DNA of 24,330 nucleotides, from the IMG/VR virus record IMGVR_UViG_3300033076_000076, positions 1 to 24,330 of that record; one strand, written 5' to 3'. Below, piece after piece: positions 1 to 8,103 of the stretch. The notes beneath the pieces are model-generated. The model had not been told where the DNA came from, did not search any database, and saw only the letters and a program-made list of their open reading frames with translations. Source of the DNA: a virus. Taxonomy: Duplodnaviria; Caudoviricetes. Numbering within the stretch: position 1 is the first letter of the stretch; every line of letters begins with the position of its first letter. A program made the position numbers and the translations under genes.

Positions 1-645
1 GCAATACCAGCCTACACAGGCGTGGTTCACATGGGGACAATGCGTTCTCTTATTCACGATTTGATGGAATTGACCAAAAGGGGCGACACTTTCACGCTGG
101 TTGATGACATTGGAAATGCCTTGATTGCCGACAGCCGAGGCATCATTGCGACAAGATTTTGGGAATCAGACGCTGATTGCCTTGTTTTTGTTGATTCGGA
201 TGTGGTTTGGGAAGCTGGCGCACTGCTCAAGTTGGTTGATGCTAAAGCTGACTTGGTGGCTGGTGTCTATCCAAATCGCCGTGATCCAATCGCATACCCA
301 CTTCACTACCTTGACAAAAAAGAGCTTTGGGCTGATCCTGAAACTGGACTGCTTGAGGTTAAATCAGTCGCCACTGGCTTTATGAAGATCAGCCGCAATT
401 GCATCGCCAAGATGATTGAGGCTTACCCTGAAAAGCACTATTACACAGCCGAGCGAGACAAAGAGTTTTACCCATTGTTTGACCATGTGTTTGAGGATGG
501 TTTCAAATGGGGTGAGGATTATTCGTTCTGTATTCGATGGCGCAAAATCGGTGGTCAAGTTTGGATTGATCCAGAAATTGCAATGGGTCATGTTGGATAT
601 AAAATCTTTCAAGGCCACATCGGAAACTGGCTCAAAAGTCGGTGA
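1..645 (+). CDS. GT-A fold (GT2-like) glycosyltransferase, 5' truncated by window edge
   Basis: Frame 1 is open from base 1 (AIPAYTGVVH...). It shows the IPAY strand, a DxD motif (LVFVDSDVVW), TGFMKISR and GEDYSFC...W...GG.VWIDP...MGHVG, all typical of phage GT-A proteins. Confidence 0.8.
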   Translation, partial: AIPAYTGVVHMGTMRSLIHDLMELTKRGDTFTLVDDIGNALIADSRGIIATRFWESDADCLVFVDSDVVWEAGALLKLVDAKADLVAGVYPNRRDPIAYPLHYLDKKELWADPETGLLEVKSVATGFMKISRNCIAKMIEAYPEKHYYTAERDKEFYPLFDHVFEDGFKWGEDYSFCIRWRKIGGQVWIDPEIAMGHVGYKIFQGHIGNWLKSR

Positions 646-684
646 TTCGGCTAGAATTAAGCCATTCTTTGCAAAGGAATTTTT

Positions 685-1029
685 ATGGCAACCGTAACCA
701 ATTTTGTCCGACCAATCGGCGTAACAACCGCTGTTTCTGTCGGCGCATCTGCCACTTCTGAAGTTCTGGTGAACAATGCCAGTAACGACCAAAACAACTG
801 CGTGGCTTTGTTGAACACTGGAGCAACCCAAGTGGCTATCAAGTTTGGCCCTACTGGTGTTTCTGCTCCTGTGTTGCCTGTTAGCGGCTCTACAACTGGC
901 GATTTTGTGCTTCCCGCTGGCATGACTGTGCCTTTGATTTTCGCAGTACCAACAACTCCTACATATGTTCGCATGATCGGTTCGGGCGCTGGCCCTTCCA
1001 TCGTGTACGTTACTCCTGTCGGCGCTTAA
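685..1029 (+). CDS. small beta-rich virion structural protein (putative head/decoration)
   Basis: 114 aa, V/T/G/P-rich, SD AAGGA upstream, located in the structural operon. Confidence 0.55.
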   Translation: MATVTNFVRPIGVTTAVSVGASATSEVLVNNASNDQNNCVALLNTGATQVAIKFGPTGVSAPVLPVSGSTTGDFVLPAGMTVPLIFAVPTTPTYVRMIGSGAGPSIVYVTPVGA

Positions 1030-1046
1030 TTTAAAAGGGGGCAGGA

Positions 1047-3893
1047 ATGTCAGACCCCGCAGAGTCCTCGGTACAAAACTTATTGCCTGTTCAGGCATAT
1101 TTTGACGCACAGGACAATTTTCAGACTTTCATTGGTCAGAACAAGCCGTTCTATGCAACAACAAATCCAGAGCAATCTGGGTTGCATATTACGGACAGCA
1201 CGATTGACAGCACGACTATTGGTGCAACTACGCCATCCACAGGCGTGTTCACCAACGTCAGCACAACAACTGGTCAGGTTTCAACTGCCCCAGTAACCAA
1301 CACTGACATTGCCAATAAGCAATATGTTGATGCTGTTGCCCAAGGTCTGAAGCCAAAACAGGCTGTTAAATGCGCTACAACTGGCGATATTACGCTTTCT
1401 GGACTTCAAACCATTGACACTTACACCACATTGGCTGGTGATCGAGTATTGGTTAAAAACCAGACAAACACAGCAGAGAATGGCATTTACATTGCTGCTT
1501 CTGGCACTTGGACTCGTTCATCTGACATGGATGTATGGTCAGAAGTACCTGGTTCGTACACAGTAGCTTTGAATGGCTCGACAAACCTAGACACTGGTTG
1601 GGCTTGTACGGCTGCTGAAACTGGCACGATTGGCGTTACAGCAATGCCTTGGGTGCAATTCTCTGGTTCTGCGACTTATTACGCTGGCACAGGCTTAACG
1701 CTTGCCGCTAATACGTTCAGCATTACCAACACTGGCGTGACCGCAGCCACTAAAGGCTCGGCATCCAAAACCGTCACCGCAACTGTCAATGCTCAAGGTC
1801 AATTGACCAGCCTGACAGATCAAGACATTGCCATTGCCGCCACTCAAGTCACTTCAGGAACGCTTGATTCAGCTCGATTGTCTGGTTCTTACACTGGAAT
1901 TACAGGCGTTGGCACATTGACCGCTGGCACATGGAACGCATCAACCATTGATGTGGCTCATGGCGGTACTGGTGCAACGACTTTGACAGGTTATGTTAAA
2001 GGTTCTGGCACTTCTGCTCTGACAGCATCATCAACCATCCCAAACACAGACATTACTGGTTTGGGAACAATGTCAACACAAGATGCAAGCAATGTTGCCA
2101 TTACGGGCGGTTCTGCGGCTCTAGGAACGCTTAAAACGCTTGGGTTGACAGGTTATCTCTACGGCAACGATACGACTGCTGTAACGGCTTCCACGACGAT
2201 TCCCAACACTGCAATCACTGGTCTTGGCTCAATGTCAACCCAGAACGCCAACAACGTGGCAATCACTGGTGGTTATGCCACTGGCTTGACCAATTTAGGC
2301 GCTGATTACCTTCAACTAAACACAGGCGCAACGGTAACTCCTGCGATTGGTCGTGTTTGGTGGGATGGTGGCACAACAATGAATATGGGCATGACTGCAA
2401 ACGTCACATCCCATGTTTCTGAGGACACATTCTTCTATGTCAAAGCGTCTGGAGCAATTACTAAAGGCCAGTTGTGTGCGTTTACTGGTGTGGTCGGTGC
2501 TTCTGGCGTTATCACTGCTGCTCCTGCTGGTGCTGGTATTACTAACGCTGATTACATTGTCGGTGTCGCTGCTGAAAGCATTGCGTCAGGCTCTTTCGGT
2601 CTGATTCAATGGTTTGGCACACTGCGTGGTTTTGACACTTCCGCATGGGTTGATGGAGATGTTCTCTATTACGATCCTGCGGCTGGTGGTTTCACGACCA
2701 CTTATCCAACAAGCGGCATCATTGTCACTGTTGCGGCGGTTATCAATGCTGGTTCTGGCGGGTCTGGCTCAATTCTGATCCGACCAACAAAAACACAACG
2801 TATTACTGGCGGTTCTGGCATTTCGGTGACTCAGACAACCGCTGGCTCTAGCGTTGCTATTTCGTCACCTGTTTCGATTGCAAATGGTGGCACAAATGGA
2901 ACGGCTACTCCTACTGCTGGTGCTGTTGCTTATGGCACTGGTTCTGCTTATGCCTTTACTAGCGCAGGTGTAACTGGTCAGTTCTTGCAGTCAAACGGTT
3001 CTGGCGCTCCAACATGGGCAACGCCTGTGTCGTATGCCACAGTTACTGATGACACGACCACAAACGCCACACGCTACCCATTGTTTGCCGATCAAACAAG
3101 CGGCAATTTGGCAACCGAATACACCAGTTCGACTAAATTCCAGTACAACCCAAGCACAGGCACATTGTCTGCATCTGTGTTTAGCGGTGCTGGCACAAGT
3201 CTGACAGGTACAGCTTCAAGCCTTTCAATTGGCGGTAATGCGGCAACGGCAACAAGCGCAACAACAGCCACAAACTTGGCTGGCGGTGCAAATGGCTCTG
3301 TTCCATACCAAACAGGTTCAGGCGCAACTACAATGCTTGCGGCTGGTTCTAATGGTCAGATTCTGACATTGGCTGGCGGTGTGCCAACATGGGCTGCGGC
3401 CCCCGCAACTGGCATCACAGTCACTGACGACACAACGACCAATGCAACCCGATATTTGACGTTTACAAGCGCCACAACAGGGTCAATCACTGGTGAAAAC
3501 GTAGCTTCTACCAAGCTCCAATTCAATCCTTCAACAGGTGTTTTGAACTCGTCAGCGTTTGTTGCTTCTGCTGGTTTGTACTCAACAGGCACATACACGG
3601 CTACTTACACAGACGGTATTGTTGCTGACTACGCTACTGGTAATGGTCGCATTTCGGTTGGTTCAACTGATACGCTGACTTTTTACAATGGTGGCGTTGC
3701 CAACACTCAATTGGCTCAGTTGGACACAAAGGGCAATTTGCAGATCAGCGGTGGAATTTATGTCAACAGCAAAACAATTTCTGCAAACTATTCAATCCCA
3801 AGTGGGTCAAGTGGTATGTCGGCTGGCCCAATCACCATTTCTAGTGGTGTTTCAGTGACAGTTGCAAGTGGCTCCAAGTGGGTCGTTCTATAA
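1047..3893 (+). CDS. large repeat-rich fibre protein (head or tail fibre)
   Basis: 948 aa, T/G/S/A-rich. Contains the common phage fibre segment ANKQYVD...ITLSGLQTID...GDRVLVKNQT..ENGIY, internal tandem repeats, and a C-terminal SAGPITI...WVVL module. Confidence 0.8.
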   Translation: MSDPAESSVQNLLPVQAYFDAQDNFQTFIGQNKPFYATTNPEQSGLHITDSTIDSTTIGATTPSTGVFTNVSTTTGQVSTAPVTNTDIANKQYVDAVAQGLKPKQAVKCATTGDITLSGLQTIDTYTTLAGDRVLVKNQTNTAENGIYIAASGTWTRSSDMDVWSEVPGSYTVALNGSTNLDTGWACTAAETGTIGVTAMPWVQFSGSATYYAGTGLTLAANTFSITNTGVTAATKGSASKTVTATVNAQGQLTSLTDQDIAIAATQVTSGTLDSARLSGSYTGITGVGTLTAGTWNASTIDVAHGGTGATTLTGYVKGSGTSALTASSTIPNTDITGLGTMSTQDASNVAITGGSAALGTLKTLGLTGYLYGNDTTAVTASTTIPNTAITGLGSMSTQNANNVAITGGYATGLTNLGADYLQLNTGATVTPAIGRVWWDGGTTMNMGMTANVTSHVSEDTFFYVKASGAITKGQLCAFTGVVGASGVITAAPAGAGITNADYIVGVAAESIASGSFGLIQWFGTLRGFDTSAWVDGDVLYYDPAAGGFTTTYPTSGIIVTVAAVINAGSGGSGSILIRPTKTQRITGGSGISVTQTTAGSSVAISSPVSIANGGTNGTATPTAGAVAYGTGSAYAFTSAGVTGQFLQSNGSGAPTWATPVSYATVTDDTTTNATRYPLFADQTSGNLATEYTSSTKFQYNPSTGTLSASVFSGAGTSLTGTASSLSIGGNAATATSATTATNLAGGANGSVPYQTGSGATTMLAAGSNGQILTLAGGVPTWAAAPATGITVTDDTTTNATRYLTFTSATTGSITGENVASTKLQFNPSTGVLNSSAFVASAGLYSTGTYTATYTDGIVADYATGNGRISVGSTDTLTFYNGGVANTQLAQLDTKGNLQISGGIYVNSKTISANYSIPSGSSGMSAGPITISSGVSVTVASGSKWVVL

Positions 3894-3902
3894 GGGAAAA
3901 CC

Positions 3903-4214
3903 ATGTTTCAATGGAAAATTACCGACATTCATGCCAAAGATGGTGTGATTACAGAGGTCAAGTACCATGTGATTTGCGAGGACAATGGCTATTCTGTTGA
4001 AACAGAAGGCTTTTGGAAGTTTGGCGATCCAGTTGCTAAAGTTCCGTTTGACCAAGTGACAGAGGAAAAAGTTATTGAATGGGTCAAAGAAGATTCTGTT
4101 CAATTCGGCAAAAACATCATAGAATCAAGGCTAACGGAACAGCTTGAAGCCTTGCAGACACCGAAAGTCTTGCCGCCCTGGGTTCCACAAGTGTTTTCAT
4201 TGGGTGACAAATGA
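3903..4214 (+). CDS. fibre-associated conserved phage protein (possible assembly chaperone)
   Basis: 103 aa with W.I...[16 protein letters not shown]...LPPW pattern seen in small proteins next to phage fibre genes. SD present and ATGA overlap with the next gene. Confidence 0.55.
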   Translation: MFQWKITDIHAKDGVITEVKYHVICEDNGYSVETEGFWKFGDPVAKVPFDQVTEEKVIEWVKEDSVQFGKNIIESRLTEQLEALQTPKVLPPWVPQVFSLGDK

Positions 4215-5194
4215 CAAAACCAATTGACATTATTAGCAGGGCTTTAAAAGACATTGGCGCATTAGAAGCTGGTGAAACTCCTACGCCTGAAGCTGCCCAA
4301 GACGCATTTGAAATGATGAATGACCTCATTGACCAATGGTCAAATGAGAACTACATGGTGTTCAACGTCACCGAAATCATTTTCCCTGTGATCCCTGGTC
4401 AAGTTCAATACAGTCTTGGCCCAAGCCCACAAACACCAAACTTTATTGGCGCTTCTTTTGAAGGCTCAATTACTGGTGACATTTTGACTGTGACCAGCGT
4501 TAATTCGGGCGCTGTTGCTCAAGGTCAAACTTTGAGTGGCACTGGCATCGCACCTGGCACAAAAATCACTTTGGGCATCACTGGTGCTGGCGGTAATGTG
4601 ATTGAAGCTGGCACATATCGTGTCAACATTCCTCAAACTGTTGCCGCAACAACAATTACAGCCAATTATCAAAAGCCTTTGAGCATTGATTCAGCCTTTG
4701 TGCGTATCAACACAAACTCAAATGGTCAGCCAATCGTGAATGGCGGTTTGGACTATCCAATCTCTGTGTTGGCACTTCAGGAATACCAACTTATTGGCTT
4801 GAAAACGCTGAATGGCCCTTGGCCCAAGGCGCTTTACTACAACCCCAATGAGGAATCTGGCAACCTGTTCATTTGGCCTAATCCATCGCAAGGTGAAATG
4901 CACTTGTTCGCTAACACCTTGTTTAGCCGTTACACAAATCTTTATGAAGATGTTGTTCTTCCTCAAGGTTACTCGATGGCTTTGCGTTGGTGCTTGGCTG
5001 AACGCCTGATGCCTATGTATGGCAAAGCGTCTACAACGCAGATTCAAATGGTCAATGCTTACGCCTCACAAGCTAAAGCAACGCTCAAGCGAACAAATAT
5101 GTCTCCACTCCAAACAGCCCAATACTCTGACGCTTTGCTGACAAGCCGAGCCAAAGATGCTGGTTGGATTTTGTCTGGTGGTTTCTTTAGGTAA
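4211..5194 (+). CDS. P22 gp4-like head-to-tail adaptor with inserted beta domain
   Basis: N-terminus [38 protein letters not shown] and C-terminal [22 protein letters not shown] are gp4-like. Position is upstream of the gp10-like gene. Confidence 0.8.
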   Translation: MTKPIDIISRALKDIGALEAGETPTPEAAQDAFEMMNDLIDQWSNENYMVFNVTEIIFPVIPGQVQYSLGPSPQTPNFIGASFEGSITGDILTVTSVNSGAVAQGQTLSGTGIAPGTKITLGITGAGGNVIEAGTYRVNIPQTVAATTITANYQKPLSIDSAFVRINTNSNGQPIVNGGLDYPISVLALQEYQLIGLKTLNGPWPKALYYNPNEESGNLFIWPNPSQGEMHLFANTLFSRYTNLYEDVVLPQGYSMALRWCLAERLMPMYGKASTTQIQMVNAYASQAKATLKRTNMSPLQTAQYSDALLTSRAKDAGWILSGGFFR

Positions 5195-5199
5195 TTGAC

Positions 5200-5601
5200 A
5201 TGGCATCAACAACTTTTATCAACAATCAAACCGTCATTTATGCTGAATGGCTAAATGACGTTAACGATTGGACTTACAACGGCACTTCAATCAGTGGTGT
5301 TATCAATGGCACAACATTGGCGTTGCAAACAGATGGTTTGGATGCGTTGAACATTGACGCAAATCAGCAAGTCTCAATCAATGATTTGCGTTTGCCAAAT
5401 GGCCTTACGTTTTTGGACAACACCACACAGACTTCTGCTGCTTATTGCGTTGCTGATAACTGTATGTATGAAAACAATCAAACGATCAGCAATGATTACA
5501 CAATCACATCTGGTCGTAGCGCATCAAGTGTTGGCCCGATTACAATTGCAACAGGCAAAGCAGTGACAATCCCTGACGGTAGCCGTTGGGTAATTCTGTA
5601 A
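5200..5601 (+). CDS. short tail fibre/adaptor protein
   Basis: N-terminal TVIYAEWLNDVN fibre-anchor-like motif. The C-terminal 42 aa are paralogous to the C-terminus of 1047-3893. Confidence 0.65.
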   Translation: MASTTFINNQTVIYAEWLNDVNDWTYNGTSISGVINGTTLALQTDGLDALNIDANQQVSINDLRLPNGLTFLDNTTQTSAAYCVADNCMYENNQTISNDYTITSGRSASSVGPITIATGKAVTIPDGSRWVIL

Positions 5602-5610
5602 GGAAACAAT

Positions 5611-6021
5611 ATGGCATACGGTTCAGTTTTAACTGATGTTGTGCAGTCGAGCACAAGCGGAACACCGCCTCAATTCAACGATGGTAACGGTACTCAAGTG
5701 GGTACGCTTTGCCGTGCTTGGGTAAATTGGAATGGTATTAGTGCCGCTGTTATTCGTGCGTCTTTTAATGTAAGTTCTGTAACTCGAAACAGTGCTGGAA
5801 CATACACAATTGCTTTTACCAATTCTTTGTCAGATGCAAACTATGCGACTGTTTACAGCGTAAGTCAACAATTTGGCACTGCCAATTTGCTTGGCCTTAT
5901 TAACACTGGCGCATCAAATGTTGAATCAGCTCCCTCAACATCTTCAGTTGTTGTTTCTACGTTAACGCCTGCTGGCGGTTACGCAGATTTAAAATATAAC
6001 TGTGTTTCCGTATTCCGTTAA
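5611..6021 (+). CDS. small tail fibre tip/adhesin-like protein (paralogue 1)
   Basis: RAWVNWNG...IRASFNVSSVTRNSAGTYTIAFTNSLSDANY, a common fibre C-terminal domain. SD AAGGA. Confidence 0.7.
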   Translation: MAYGSVLTDVVQSSTSGTPPQFNDGNGTQVGTLCRAWVNWNGISAAVIRASFNVSSVTRNSAGTYTIAFTNSLSDANYATVYSVSQQFGTANLLGLINTGASNVESAPSTSSVVVSTLTPAGGYADLKYNCVSVFR

Positions 6022-6033
6022 GAGGAGAACAAA

Positions 6034-6435
6034 TTGACAACCACGATTAACGCATCTCCTTCAAACGGCTTGGTTCAAACTGCTGATGGCAGCGGTATTC
6101 TCAAGGTGCAGAGCAACGGTGTGACTACCAATGCTATTGCTTGGGTGAACTTTAACGGTACTGGCACAGTGGCTATCCGTTCAAGCTATAACGTATCAAG
6201 TATTACTGACAACGGAACTGGGGAATACACAGTTAACTTTGCTACAGCTTTAAGCGATTCAAATTATTCTGCTGTGGCATCAACAAAACAAGCAGATAGT
6301 AGCGGAGCTAATGGTAACGGTAGTATTGTTATGCCATATAACTACAGTACATCTTCTGTGAAATTTTCAGCAAGTAATGCGCTTGGCGTATCCACTGACA
6401 TGGTATTTGTCAACGTAGCAATCTTTGGAAATTAA
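6034..6435 (+). CDS. small tail fibre tip/adhesin-like protein (paralogue 2), TTG start
   Basis: IAWVNFNG...IRSSYNVSSITDNGTGEYTVNFATALSDSNY, paralogous to 5611-6021. Strong SD GAGGAG before TTG. Confidence 0.7.
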   Translation: MTTTINASPSNGLVQTADGSGILKVQSNGVTTNAIAWVNFNGTGTVAIRSSYNVSSITDNGTGEYTVNFATALSDSNYSAVASTKQADSSGANGNGSIVMPYNYSTSSVKFSASNALGVSTDMVFVNVAIFGN

Positions 6436-6447
6436 GGAAACAAACAA

Positions 6448-6978
6448 ATGCAAGTAAGAAATCCTTTGCCAAGTCTTGAACGGTTACAAGAACTGTTTGA
6501 GTACAAGGATGGTGCATTGTTTTACAAAAAAGATTTGTGCAATTCTTTGGGTAAAAAAACAAAAATTGTTGCTGGAACTCGTGCTGGTGGGTTGCATCCT
6601 TTGGGGTATAGAAAACTCCGTGTAGATGGCAAAATGTATTTTGAACACAGAATTATTTGGCAATTGTTCAACAATGAACTAAATAATTTTGTTATTGATC
6701 ATATTAACAATAAGCGTGATGACAACAGGATTGAAAATTTACGTTTGGCTAGCTGTAATGAGAACAATCAAAATTCAGTGATTCGTAAAGATAACACAAG
6801 TGGCGTAAAAGGCATTACGTGGAACGAAAGAGACAAGCGGTGGACAGTTTCTATTTCATTTAACGGAAAGCGTAAATCGCTTGGAAATTTTAAAGATTTT
6901 TCTTTGGCAAAAGAGTTCATTGAACTAGCAAGAGATATGATTCATGGCAAATTTGCCAATCACGGTTTAACAGCTTAA
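6448..6978 (+). CDS. free-standing HNH homing endonuclease with C-terminal AP2-like domain
   Basis: EHRIIW...IDHINNKRDDNRIENLRLA...N.QN (HNH), followed by NTSGVKGITW...W...I...GKRKSLGNF (AP2-like). Visibly more AT-rich than the flanking structural genes. Confidence 0.92.
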   Translation: MQVRNPLPSLERLQELFEYKDGALFYKKDLCNSLGKKTKIVAGTRAGGLHPLGYRKLRVDGKMYFEHRIIWQLFNNELNNFVIDHINNKRDDNRIENLRLASCNENNQNSVIRKDNTSGVKGITWNERDKRWTVSISFNGKRKSLGNFKDFSLAKEFIELARDMIHGKFANHGLTA

Positions 6979-6987
6979 GGAGCAAAC

Positions 6988-7392
6988 ATGACAAAAGTTA
7001 TTATTTTTTCTAATGCAAATGGTGGTGTTTCCACTTGTGTGCCTACGGGCGAAATTAGCATTGAAGCTGTACTTGCAAAAGATTGCCCTGATGGAGCTTT
7101 AATTGTTGAATCATCTTCTTTGCCAAATCAAGATTCTGACTTTTATGACGCTTGGGAATTGTCTAACGGTGTTGTGTCCGTGAATTTGGCTAAAGCCAAG
7201 GAAATCACCAAGCGCCGTTTGCGTGCTGAACGTGAGCCTTTGCTTGCTGCTCAAGATGTGTTGTTCCAACGTGCTTTGGAAACAGGTGCTGACACAACTG
7301 CAATCGTGGCTGAGAAACAGCGTTTGCGTGACATTACTGGTTTGGCTGATGGTTGCACTACAACTGCTGAACTTCGTGCTTTGACAGTATGA
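6988..7392 (+). CDS. tail fibre assembly chaperone-like protein
   Basis: C-terminal LRAEREPLLAAQD...KQRLRDIT resembles the phage tail-fibre chaperone motif (R..R..LL...D...RQ.LRD). Located next to fibre genes. Confidence 0.65.
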   Translation: MTKVIIFSNANGGVSTCVPTGEISIEAVLAKDCPDGALIVESSSLPNQDSDFYDAWELSNGVVSVNLAKAKEITKRRLRAEREPLLAAQDVLFQRALETGADTTAIVAEKQRLRDITGLADGCTTTAELRALTV

Positions 7393-7586
7393 CTACACGA
7401 ATCGTTGTAGACCTTGCCACTGGTCAACAAGAGGTAGTGGCGTTAACGCAAGCTGAATTGGATGTTGCTGCGTCTCAATACGCTACATGGCAAGTTGAAG
7501 AAACAGCCCGATTGGCTAAAGTAGCTGAGGAAGAAGCAAAACAAGCCAAGTTCCAAGAGTGGTTGGCTACACAGGAGAACAGTTAA
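7389..7586 (+). CDS. small fibre-associated hypothetical protein
   Basis: 65 aa, D..TG....V.LT..E pattern, coupled by ATGA upstream and TAATG downstream. Confidence 0.65.
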   Translation: MTTRIVVDLATGQQEVVALTQAELDVAASQYATWQVEETARLAKVAEEEAKQAKFQEWLATQENS

Positions 7587-8101
7587 TGTCAGTTGTAATC
7601 GACGGCTCCGCAGGGGTCACAACAAACTCAGGTGCTGTGTATAACGGCATCTCCGCTGGTACTGCTGTTGCAAGCACTTCGGGTACAAGCATTGACTTTA
7701 CGTCTATTCCTTCTTGGGTGAAGCGTATTACTGTGATGTTTAATGGTGTCAGTACAAACGGAACTAGCAATATCCAAATACAAATTGGTTCTGGTTCTGT
7801 TACGGCATCAGGATATACAGGCGGAACATCTAGAGGGACAACAGTAGTTGATAACTCAACTGGATTTATTGTTATTCAAAACAATGCAGCATCTAACGTA
7901 TATAGTGGAGTGGCGACAATTGTGACACTTGGTAGTAATGTTTGGGCACAGTATGGAAATGCAATTAGTTCGGCTTCAGACGCTTGTACTGTTAGCGCAG
8001 GAAACTTAACGCTTTCTGGAACTCTTGATCGTGTTCGCATCACCACCGTAAACGGCACAGACACATTTGACGCTGGTTCCATCAACATTCTTTACGAGTA
8101 A
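7586..8101 (+). CDS. small beta-sandwich fibre/receptor-binding-like protein
   Basis: True start is probably ATG 7586 (TAATG overlap, SD AGGAG). Motifs STSGTSIDFTSIPSWVKRITV and LDRVRITTVNGTDTFDAGSINILYE; T/S/G-rich. Confidence 0.65.
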   Translation: MSVVIDGSAGVTTNSGAVYNGISAGTAVASTSGTSIDFTSIPSWVKRITVMFNGVSTNGTSNIQIQIGSGSVTASGYTGGTSRGTTVVDNSTGFIVIQNNAASNVYSGVATIVTLGSNVWAQYGNAISSASDACTVSAGNLTLSGTLDRVRITTVNGTDTFDAGSINILYE

Positions 8102-8103
8102 AC

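Noticed and set aside
364-1110. Long minus-strand ORFs (248 aa, 114 aa) and other antisense ORFs across the structural region
   Set aside because: They are shadows of well-supported plus-strand genes and have no motifs or RBS.
5611-8101. Diversity-generating retroelement or invertible shufflon acting on the tip genes
   Set aside because: No reverse transcriptase or recombinase, no near-identical template/variable repeat pair, and no inverted crossover sites in the window.
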